This document shows, piece after piece, positions 14,401 through 25,149 of a stretch of 64,000 bases of DNA. This DNA comes from Selaginella moellendorffii (taxonomy: Eukaryota > Plantae > Lycopodiophyta). Position 1 is the stretch's first letter. Each line of letters opens with the position of its first letter. The DNA lies in contig NW_003314266.1 in assembly GCF_000143415.4 (NCBI RefSeq), positions 3,165,923 through 3,229,922 of the forward strand. Direction: 5' to 3'. The translations under genes were made by a program, and so were the position numbers. A model generated the notes under the pieces. That model saw only the letters and a list, made by a program, of their open reading frames with translations. It was not told the origin of the DNA and did no database searches.

Positions 14401-15262
14401 GGGTCCCTTTTTCCAGTGGGGACTTGACTTCGTCGGCCCGATCAACCCACTAAGCTCAAAAGGACAGCGATACATCATCGTGGTGACAGACTATTTCACA
14501 AAATGGGTTGAGGCCACCCCTCTGTGACAAATAGATCAACAGTCTACAGCAAAGTTTGTCTACAAGTACATTATTTGCCAATTTGGAGTTCTTGCCATTT
14601 TGATTTCCGATCGTGGCAGCAGCTTCCTTCGACAGGTGATGCAGCATCTTCTCCAACGGCTGCAGGTCAAGCACATGAAGAGCAGCAGCTATTATCCTGA
14701 GTGCAATAGCCAGGCCGAGTCCAGCAACAAGATATTGAAGACAATCATCTCAAAGGAGGATCACCCAAGGCGTTGGCACGAGCACTTGGTTATGGCGTTG
14801 TGGGCCTTTCAAACATCCTTCAAGACATCCATCTCCGCGACCCCATTCTCCCTTGTCTATGGGACAGAGGCCGTGCTTCTAGTGGAGATCCAGGTGCCAT
14901 CACTCTCACTTTCACTTTGATACGTAGCAGTGATGCAACTTAGCGATGAGGACAAGTTTCATTCACATGACTTGGAGGTTCTTGCCTTGGAAGAATAGCG
15001 ATGATCCACAACTGGACATCTCCTTCGAGACAAGTAGAAGATAAAGTCAGTCATTGATGACTAGCGGTCCACTAAACCATTCGAGGATGGCAATCTTGTT
15101 CTAGTCAAGGAGTTTACACCACCTTTGAAGTTCTCCTTTCGCTGGACTGGCCCCTACTTTGTTCAATGACACATCGAAGGTGGAGCATATGTGCTAGTTG
15201 ATGCTGATGGATGTGAGCTCCCACACGCTCACAACCACTCTCACCTCAAACACTTCATCTAG
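8470..15262 (+). mobile_element. Decayed Tat-type (TatI-like) Ty3/gypsy retrotransposon: gag-PR-aRH-RT-RH-INT
   Basis: gag with zinc knuckle (WCTHCETNTHNTQCC); protease VDFGSGSN (10764-11318); extra RNase HI domain (YFDGA..SANEVEY..FIGDAQLIIRQLTGEYQ, 11863-12360) placed before RT (LCIDFQDLNKA, YMDD near 13220); integrase (ISDRGSSF, YYPECNSQAESSNK). PBS-like TGGCACCC near 9235. 5' boundary approximate. Confidence 0.88.
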
Positions 15263-15541
15263 TGAGGCGTTCCTCTTCTATTCTTTTTGTTTTTCTTCCT
15301 TTCTTTCATTTTACTTTCATGGTTCCTTTTCTTACTTTCAAAGGGTGTTTCTCCATTAGACCGTGGTTCATGCCTTGGATTTCATGCTCAAATTGCATTG
15401 CCGTTTGTATGGATATTCCTTGCTTGGCTCGGTCTATGTTCTAGGTTCTTTGGCCCTTCCGTTACCATTAAAAACCCCACACATTCCCCACACCCATTCC
15501 ATATCCTCTACACTCACAGTTCCATCACCAATCACTTCCTG

Positions 15542-18540
15542 TGTTAGGAATCCCCCAATTCTTGCCACATTCTTGACTCTCGCCGGATTCCTGACCTGCA
15601 AACCACGTTCCTGACTCTCGAAACACTTCCCTATTCCTGACTCTCGAGACACTTCCCGATTCCTGAGTCTCGAGCCACATTCCTGATGATGATGTGGCGC
15701 CTCCTCGACCTCAGCTATATTTAGGCCATCCTCGATCCAAGAGTGGTGGAGCTTCATCAACCTATAGTATATATTGGTTATCCTTGTTCCATTTCTCCAC
15801 AATCTGAATCAACGCCAGTCTAAGGCTTCTTTTTTGTTTCCACTAGCTTTTCTCTTTGTCTTTTTGCATTTTCCAGTCTTGATCTTGTTAGGGGTCTTGA
15901 CAGTTTGATTCAGATTGTGCTTTTTCGTTTTTTGATTTAGCTCGTTTTGATTGTTTGATTACCTTTGCCTTTTTTTCCCCCTTTTTTCTTTCTTCTTGCC
16001 AATGGAGTCTCCAAGCCATCCTGATTTCTTTGCTGAAGTCCTTGCAAAAATCCAGTATGAGAATACCGAGCTGAAGGCGACCCTTCTTCGCATGCAGCAG
16101 GAGCTTGCTTCACTTTCGGCTCAAGGATCCAGCAAAGTTCCTTAACCGAAGGTGAGCTTCCCGGTGAAATTTTCAGGCAAGCGTTCGGAGCTTCGTGGAT
16201 TCCTGAACCACATGGAGTTGATCTTCGCACTTCAACATCGGCGGTACCCTACTCCCGAGTCTCAAATTGGTGCGATTGGGACATTGCTCGAAGGTGCAAC
16301 TTTGTCATGGTTTTCTCCTCTTTTGGAGAAGAGCATGAAAGGGGTCGTGGTTCCAGAACTGATGGATCTTCAATTGTTCAAAGAGAAGCTCGAAGCATGT
16401 TTTGGCGAGACGGATCGGGTTCGGGCTGCTACCACAAAGATGAGACGTCTCTCTCAGGGGTCTCGTCCTGCCTCGATCTACGCTGCAGAGTTCCAACTCC
16501 TTTCTTTGGACACTTAGTGGGATGAGCGGGCCCTGATTGACCAATTTCGTTTCGGCCTCAACAACGGTGTCAAGGATTTGTTGCTCACCATGGAGGATCC
16601 CAAGGACCTGTCGGATGCCATCAACAAAGCTGTTCGATGTGACAATCGTCTCTTTGAACGTCGTCAGGAAAGTCGCCGCACCGCTGTTTTTCTGTCCCAG
16701 ACTCAGGAATCCCAGCTTGAGTCTTCGGGGCATACTCCTGAACCTACTGCTCCGGTTCCGATGGATATTTCTGGTACTCCCCGACTCATTAGAGGGAAGT
16801 TGAGTCCTGCTGAGAACCAATGTCAAATATCTCATAATCTTTGCCTCTATTGTGCTGATCCTAATCACAAAGCAGCTGTATGTCCCAAGAAGCCTCCTCG
16901 ACTGCTCGAGTTCACTCTGCCTCAAAGTCCACCTCTATTGCAGTCGGGAAACGACCCTGTCCAAACAGAGTAGGAGCTGTCTGTTTGGACTCCCCGAATA
17001 AAAATCACTTTTCTTCTTTATCAAGCTCCTCACCACCTTTCATCAAAGCCACCACCAATTCCCGCAACTTCCGCGTCCCATGTCTCCTTTCTTTCACCGG
17101 ACAATCAGGACTCAAGGCTCTGGCGTTACTGGACTCGGGTGCAACTTCCTGCTTCATGGACACGGACTTTGCTGCCCGACATCACGTTCCTCTTTCTCCT
17201 ACCATACGGGATTTGAGGGTTGAAGGCATCGGTGGGCATTTTGTGTCTCCATCTTCTGGACTTAGGGAAACGTTGCCCGTTCGAGTACACATCGGGTCCA
17301 CCGTCACCGATATCGCCTTCAACATCATCAACAGCAAGTCCTCCTCTGTGGTGCTCGGTCTTCCTTGGTTCCAACTACATCAGCCTCAAATCTGTTGGAA
17401 GGAATTACAGCTCATCTCTCCCACGGCTTCCCCTACTGTTCATCGAGTCCGAATCAGGAAAAGTTCCCTAAACTCAAATCGGGGTTCTGTTCCTGACTCT
17501 ATAAAGTTTTCACCCTCTTCTTTTTCCTCTCTTCCATCTTACACTGGACCGTATCCTCGTCTCATCATTCCATTTAGTCGTACGCCTCCTCCTATCTCCA
17601 CAATCACTATGAAAGAACTCCTTCATGAAGAACCTCTTTTTCTTTTTGCTTTGCATGTTTTTCCTGTCAGTCTTCCTGAGAAGTATCATGATTTTGGGGA
17701 TGTGTTTGACAAGAAAAAAGCTAGTGTACTGCCTGTTCATCGGCCTTATGATTGTCCCATTGATTTACAGGAAGGAGCGTCACCTCCGTGGGGGCCTATC
17801 TACGGGTTATCCCCGTCCGAGCTTAAGGCCCTCAAAGAGTACGTGGATGAGAACCTTGCCTCGGGCTACATTCAGCATTTGCAGTCCCCGGCTGGAGCGC
17901 CTGTCTTCTTTGTCAAGAAGAAGGATGGGAGCTTGCGGCTAGTCATCAACTACCGAGGTTTGAACAAGGTGACTGTTCGGAACCGTTATCCGCTGCCCCT
18001 GATCTCGGACCTGTTGGAACGTCTCGGCAGTGCCCGCTTCTTCACCAAGATCGACCTCCGTGGAGCATACAACCTGATCCGGATCCGGCCTGGTGATGAA
18101 TGGAAGACTGCGTTCCAAACCCGCTATGGCCACTTTGAGTACACTGTCATGCCATTTGGCTTGACAAATGCTCCAGCAGTTTTCCAACACATGGCGAATG
18201 ACGTCTTTCGGGAGTTTCTTGATCAGATTGTGATCGTCTACCTCAATGACATCCTCATCTACTCAAAAACTCAGGAGGAGCATGACGAACATGTACGCAA
18301 GGTGCTAGCGAAGCTGCGAGAACACGGCCTATATGCGAAGCTTGAGAAATGTTCCTTTGATCAGCAGTCTGTGGAGTTCCTTGGGTACATTGTCACTCCT
18401 GAGGGTATCATGATGGATCCTGCCAAAGTCAAGACTATTTTCGAATGGGAGCCTCCACAATCAATGTCGGACGTTCAGGTTTTCCTTGGCTTCGCCAACT
18501 TCTACCGCAAATTCATTGATCACTACTCTGACATTGTCCT
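15542..18540 (+). mobile_element. Tcn1/sushi-like chromoviral Ty3/gypsy element, 3'-truncated (LTR, gag, PR, RT)
   Basis: LTR begins TGTTAGG at 15542 and contains short tandem repeats. gag ~16002-16973 (FSGKRSELRGFL, CLYCADPNHKAAVCP, internal stops). pol ORF 16880-18604 in the -1 frame with LLDSGATSCF protease and RT (KIDLRGAYNLIRI; YLDD mutated to YLND). Confidence 0.9.
16946..16993 (+). promoter_or_regulatory. -1 programmed ribosomal frameshift signal (G GGA AAC plus stem/pseudoknot)
   Basis: GGGAAAC at 16946-16952 is correctly phased in the gag frame. After a 6-nt spacer there is a perfect 11-bp stem, 16959-16969 (GTCCAAACAGA) with 16980-16990 (TCTGTTTGGAC). pol is in the -1 frame. Confidence 0.85.
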
Positions 18541-19559
18541 TCCTTGTCTACACTTACCACCCTTGGGCAATGCATCCCCTTTTTTACCTCTCTTTCTTTC
18601 TTGATTTTGGCCAATCCTTGGAGCATATTGGAAGTCATCAAGAGGCTACATTTACATATTACACTTTCCTGAGCCGAAATCCAAGTACGGGTTACATTCT
18701 TTGGGTACTCACTCTTTTTCCCCTATTTTTTCTCCTCTTTTCACACTTTTTTTACACTTTTTTTTAACTTCAGGGTCTAGTTTGACTACAGGGTTTCCCA
18801 CAGGGTTTTCTTCCCTGTCTTCAAACTTTACACCACCTCTTTTCTATATTTTTCCACTTTGTTTTCTAGAGTTTCCACTATTTCACGCAGTTACCAGCAC
18901 TAGGCATCCGTAGCAGAGGTACACTCTACACTCTTCGGAGGGTTCTCGTGTGTCTGGAGCCATCAGGATCCACCATGGTCGCATGTTAGGGCATGGCTAT
19001 TGAGAGAGTGAGAGAGAGAGAGGGAATATTCTGGTCCTTAGAATATTCCCCATCTTCCTTGTATAAAACCCTTGCCCCACAAGGGTAAAAGGGGGGGGAG
19101 GGCGCATTTGTGGAGAGCATTGAAGCATTTCTCATGTTTGAGCGAGTGTTGGGGGAGGCACCCCTCCTTCCCCTAACACTTGGGCCATTGAATGAAGGAA
19201 TATAGCTAAACTCCTAAGTATAGAGCCAAGGAGCAAAGGTATTGAAGATAAGCATACAAGTGGGAGTTAAATTATACTTCAAGTTAGTCAGCCATGCCTA
19301 ACCTATCCACTATCCCGACCATACGTTTGGAACCCTCTACAGCCACCCCCTCCCCCTCTTGAGGAATGATGCTTTGGACTTTCACCCTTAGCCACCCTTA
19401 GTACTAAGAATTAGTCTCTAGAACATGCTTGAAATTTATTAAATATAGAATGGTGCTAGATAGCAAATTTGGATACAGGACTAACACCATTGTGTTTAGA
19501 ACAATCTTTACATTCCATAAATATGCCAAATTAACAAATCTAGATACTTTTTATAAATA

Positions 19560-22240
19560 TCCATTAGTACTGAATGGGACAAACACAAGGGGGATGATAG
19601 CAAGGGTGTTTGTGGTGTGTAAATTATTGGTAAATGTTGGCAAGATCATCATGGTGCAAGATTTTTTTCTTGTATATTTACATCATGTGGACATGATCCT
19701 TGGCATGTCATGGCATATGCATGATCTTGAGATCAAGTGAAGCCTTTGACGTATAAAGCTTGAGTATGGTGGCATATGTGATACTTGATTTGCAAGCAAT
19801 GTTCCAAGCTTGACCATGTTGATGTTAGCAATGTCTTTGAAGAGCATTGTGTGCAATAAAGAGAATGAGCTCTGTTTGATGTATATCTAAGAGTTGGATA
19901 CATCAAAGTTTTTGCATGGAGAATCAGCGGTAGCGGAGGAACTTGAGGAGTTCAAGGACATGTTCCCAGATGAGTTACCATATGGCCTGCCACCTTTGCA
20001 TGGAGTTGAGCACAAAATTGTGCTAGAAATAGGCACAAACCTGATTTATCAATGACTATTTTGGCTAAGTCATACCAAGGAAGCGAAGGTCAAGCATCAA
20101 ATGACTGAGTTGCTTGAGTATGGCTTTATCCAACCAAGCAAGTCTCTATTTGGAGCACTAGTCTTGCTTATTCAGAAGAAAGATGGCTTGATATGAATGT
20201 GTATTGATTGCCGTGCTTTAAACAAGAAGACAATCAAGGATAAAATGCCAATACCACATGTAGATGACATCTTGGGGAAGCCATGGTTTTCACCAAGATT
20301 GACTTAAAAAGTGGTTATCATCAAATTACTCTAAATGATATGGATATTGCAAAGTTAGCTTTCTCTATGAGTTTTGGGCATTTCAAATTTACAATGATGC
20401 CATTCAGATTTATGAATGCACTAATGACTTTTATGAGGCTCATGACCCACGTGTTTGGGGAGTATTTGCATTACTTTGTGGAGATCTTCCTTGATGATAT
20501 TCTTATCTTTAATAAGAATATGTAAACAGCATTTGTGCAAAGTGTTGGAGTTGTTATACAACCATAAGCTTTATGCTAAGAGGAGTAAATGCAAGTTTGT
20601 GCAATCTGAATGTGAGTATTTAGGCCATATTGCCTCTACTGATGGAGTCAAGACTAATCCACAAAAGGTTGCTATCATGGAAGAAGGGCCAACTTCCATA
20701 AATGTTGTTGAGTTGAGGAGTTTTTTAGAAATGGCTGATTATTATTGTAAGTTTATCTAGCACTATGCTGATATTACTCTTCCTTTGACTTGGTTGCTTC
20801 ATCAGAACACTCATTTTGACAGGGAGATATTGCAAGAACAAATCTTTCAAGCTTTAAAGGCTTCTTTGGCACATGCTCTAGTTTTATGTATTGCAGATGG
20901 TTGTGGATGCAAGTGGTTATGCTGTGGGTGGTGTTATCATGCAAGATGATCATCCTATTGCATATGAGAGTAGGACATTAAACCCAGCAAAGTAGCAATA
21001 CTCTACGTATGAGCAAGAGCTTTTGGCAATTGTTAATGCACTATGTGTGTGGCAGCATTGTTTATTTGGTGCCATGTTTACAGTGTTTATGGACTATAAG
21101 CTGTTAGAAGGAGATTAACTCTTGCCAGGCATGATGGATGATCGAATTCATGAAGTTTGGTGAATTTCCAATTGAGCACAAAGCTGGATGTGTGAATGTG
21201 GTGGCTAATGCCTTATCTCATGTTCACTCTACTTTTGTGGGAGAATTCTGGGGAAGGATTTTTAATGCTTTAACAAAGGCTATGACCGAATTTGTTGGTA
21301 TGGTCAGGCAAGTTCAACAGCAAGACGCTGAGGTACAAGAACTTAATGTGCACATGGAGCCATCTTTCCCATGCCAGAATGGTTTGCTCTTGTATAATGG
21401 CTAGGTATATCTTCCCCAAATTGATGAGCTGATCCACCATATCCTCTATTATTATCATGACCACCCAGAGGCTGGTCATTTTGGGGGGAGGAAGGCTTAT
21501 AAGTTTTAAGCATAGGTTCTTTTGGAAGAATATGAAAAATGATATTCTTGAGTATTACAAGATATGCAAGAATTGTTAACAAGTGAAGGTGCTAAGGGAA
21601 AAGCCAATAGGGATTTTGGTGCTATTACATATCCCAGAGGATAGACGGATGAGCATATCCATGCATTTTATCATGCATTTACCAAGAGGAAAATGAACAA
21701 ACTTGGGTCATTATAGATTGCTTGACCAAGTTTGTAAAGCTGATTCCTTTGAAGAAGGTGGCAAAGAGTGTGGACTTGGCTATAATATACCTTAAGCATG
21801 TCTTTCCTTAGTTTGGTTTGCTAATGGAGATTGTGAGTGATAGGGACTCAAAATTCACAAGTGAATTTTGGTTAAGCTTTGTGAAGCTCATGAAAATTGG
21901 CATCAAGCTAAATAGTGGGGATCATCCTTAGATAGATGGACAAACTAAGCGAGCCAACCAAGTGATTGAGGAGATGCTAAGATGCATTGTTCATAGACAA
22001 TAAAGACAGTGGGAGAAATTTTTTATTCCTTGTGGAGTTTACCTATAACAACAGCTAGCATAACAGCACCAAGATGACACTTTATTTGGGATGTATGGCT
22101 CTCATCTAAGGACAGCTTTTAAGCTTTATTTACTTAGATCTTAAGGCTCTAAGATGGTGAACCAAAGAGTTTATCTATAGAATTGGATGAAATTTTAAAT
22201 GCATGCAAAAGGAATTTGCAAGTGGCTCAAGACTGAGATA
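19560..22240 (+). mobile_element. Decayed chromovirus-like Ty3/gypsy pol (PR-RT-RH-INT)
   Basis: FTKIDLKSGYHQI and FLDDILIF (20283-20525); RNase H IEHKAGCVNVVANALS; integrase very similar to 6.4-8.4 kb. Many stops and frameshifts. Confidence 0.9.
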
Positions 22241-23103
22241 AGAGGGGGATGGTCCAAAGTTGAGTTGAGCTCAATTCAGCTCAAGTCAATGCCAGTCAAT
22301 ATAGTCAGCCATAAGTTTTATAAGGAAATATTAAGTCAGAAAAATGTTATTCTTTGGTGAACTTGAAATTTATGAATTTAAGTATCAATGGTTTTGAGAG
22401 ATTTCTATTTTTTGAATCTTTCTAATGCAGTTTATACAATTTCTAGAATTAAAAGTTTGTCTGAACCAATAGAAATTTTTGGGCTTTATTGGTCCCAAAT
22501 AAAATGGGAATATTGAAGTTCGAATGAACCTAAAATTTCTATTGTACATTTCAACATTTTAACATTTCAACAATTGACCAGAAATATATAAATAATTCAA
22601 AACACTGATTCACTTGTTCATTCTTTAGGGTTTACAGGGATGGGAAACAAGGAAGACAAAAAATTCTGTAAGTAGTTCTAGCATACAGAAATGTGAGAAT
22701 GTTAATTTTGTTTCACTACCACAATCTCCATATTACATGCCTGGTCCTTACTACCCATCCGGGAATGTGGAGACCATGGTCACTATTGATAAAAATGCTC
22801 TTGTTACTTCCGAAACAACAATCCAGAGCAAGAGAAAAGAAGAAATGGACATCACAGCGGAAAACACTAATAAATCCACTCTATAAACCTTTCAATGGCT
22901 TTTGTAATCCACTAAAATATTATAAAAAAAAGTAAGTTTTTTATATATATCTTATTCCTTTTGATATGTTTTGTCTTTGCAAAGATATATGATGTGGACA
23001 AATCAAAGAATTAAATCTATATATGATTTTAGGATTGAAAGGTATTCTTGCAAAAAGGCATACGCGCGTGCCTGTGTATATTTGCCATTATTATATATGG
23101 CAG

Positions 23104-23186
23104 AAGCTAAAAACTAGCATATAATTAATATGTAGCCTGCCATATAAAATAAGGCTACATATTAATTATATGCTAGTTTTTAGCTT
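23104..23186. repeat. Perfect 35-bp inverted repeat with 13-nt spacer
   Basis: AAGCTAAAAACTAGCATATAATTAATATGTAGCCT (23104-23138) is the exact reverse complement of 23152-23186. Confidence 0.95.
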
Positions 23187-23358
23187 TTGAAACCCTATAG
23201 TCACTTGTCTCTCATAGTAGGTTGTAATTACTAAGACTAACAATTCTCATTCAATATAGTGTCATGTCATAATAAAACATCATTCTCGATATTGAAATAT
23301 AGTATATTAATTAGAGAATTCTTATTGCTAGGAAGTTTAATTCTTCTTGTGTGTTGCA

Positions 23359-23913
23359 ATGGTTAGGAAGAAGTTTACTTTTGGTCCCGGAAGCCTCTCA
23401 TATGAGTCTTCACCTCCATCTCCAATCTCAACCAATAATCCACTTTCACCTCTATGCAACAATCCTCCTTTTTATTTTGAGGGCTGTTGTGAGGCTCTTC
23501 CATTTGCGACCTCAAGTGCAACTGAACAAGAACTCCTTCCTTATGATGTTGTTAAAAAAGTTGGATTGCCTCCAATGCTTCAAAAGCGATGTCAATATTT
23601 TCTTCAAGATCTTGCTCCAGATATGGCAGGGGAGCTTAATGTAGATACATATTATCTTCAGTGTCCTATATGCAACTTTTATTTAAACAAGACAGATAGT
23701 TGCATGGGTTTGGTAAATTTTATTGAGCATTGTCGCAAATGCCCAAGAGTGGGTTTGAAAGATGTGCATGCGTGGATATATAAGAAAATCAAAAAAGAAT
23801 TAAAAACACACAGCTATTATGATTTCATGGTGGAGAACAATATTCCATTAGTGAACACTGCATCAGTAAGTGCTGAATATGGGATATTTAGGCCACCCTT
23901 TAATGTAATGTGA
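23359..23913 (+). CDS. Small uncharacterised CxxC..HxxxC zinc-finger-like protein (copy A, 184 aa, intact)
   Basis: Single-exon ORF from ATG 23359: Pro/Ser-rich N-terminus, then YYLQCPICNFY...FIEHCRKCP. A close paralog lies directly downstream. Confidence 0.65.
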   Translation: MVRKKFTFGPGSLSYESSPPSPISTNNPLSPLCNNPPFYFEGCCEALPFATSSATEQELLPYDVVKKVGLPPMLQKRCQYFLQDLAPDMAGELNVDTYYLQCPICNFYLNKTDSCMGLVNFIEHCRKCPRVGLKDVHAWIYKKIKKELKTHSYYDFMVENNIPLVNTASVSAEYGIFRPPFNVM

Positions 23914-24171
23914 AAGTCATGCATAGTTTTTTCAAAAGTTTAATTCTTTATGAGTAAAGTGAAGAATCTTATATTTTTAAGAATGATATTATTCTAGCAT
24001 GTATAAAGATATTATTATATATACAAGTGGTTCTGACACTGTTATAATTCTAAAGTCCCATTTTTGAGACTGACAATTTAAACTTTTAAGAACCCCTAGA
24101 TCTTTTCTTAGTATAAATACCAACAAGGGATGCTTTCAACATTGAAATTTCAATTTGTTTAGAATGTAAGA

Positions 24172-24720
24172 ATGGCTAGGGAAAATGCTATTGCTACTCA
24201 CACTTGGCCCTTATGCATTTCATATGAATCTCCACCTCCATCTCCAACTTTTACCAACATTCCACCCTTCCCTCCATACAACAATCGTTGTGAGGCTTTT
24301 TCTTTTGTAGCCCCAAGTGTGACTGAACAAGAGATCCCTCTTCTAGATAATGTTCTAGATGTTGCTACTAAAGATGGATTGCCTCATGTGCTTCAAAAAC
24401 GATGCTAGATGTTTCTTCAAGATCTTGCTCCCGATATGGCTGAAACTTTTGAAAGAATGAACACATATTATCTCCAATGTCCCATCTGCTACTTTTATTT
24501 AGATAAAACGGAAGGCTGTATGGGTCTAGAAACTTTTCTAGAACACTATCACAACTGCCCAAGAACTGGTGTGGAAGGCGTGCATAAATGGATGTATAAG
24601 AAAATCAAGAAAGAGTTAAGAACACACAATCATTATCATTTCATGGTGAGGAACAATATTCCGTTAATAAATCCTACATCCATAAGTGATGAACATGGTA
24701 TTTTTATGCCATCCTACTGA
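24172..24720 (+). pseudogene. Zinc-finger-like paralog (copy B) with one in-frame stop
   Basis: ORFs 24172-24408 and 24409-24720 are in the same frame, separated by a TAG at the position of Gln in copy A (RCQYFLQDLAP vs RC*MFLQDLAP). The motif YYLQCPICYFY...LEHYHNCP is conserved. Confidence 0.7.
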
Positions 24721-25149
24721 AAATTCCAGCCACTAATAATTCTTACACTGTGATATTATCCATCCCCCCCTCCTTTCGCCTTTCTTTTATTAACAAAATT
24801 GTATTACCTATAGATAATAAACTGATAATACTAGTAATTATGAAATTTGACATATTGACACTGTAACTTTGTCATCTCTGACACTGACATTGTCTCTGTC
24901 ATTGACACTATCACTGTCGCTATCTGCTGCACTGACACTGTCAGTGTCACAATCATTATCACATTGACATGTGACACATCTTTCTCATTGCAAGTGGATG
25001 CATTCAATTGTCTTTTAATGTATCATTAATAAATAGATTTTTCATACCACTCCTCAATTTACACATTGCATATGATGTGCCATGCATACCTAGGAAGACT
25101 TCTAGAAAACTAAATATATATTATTTATAAGTTTTTAAAACATCATAAA

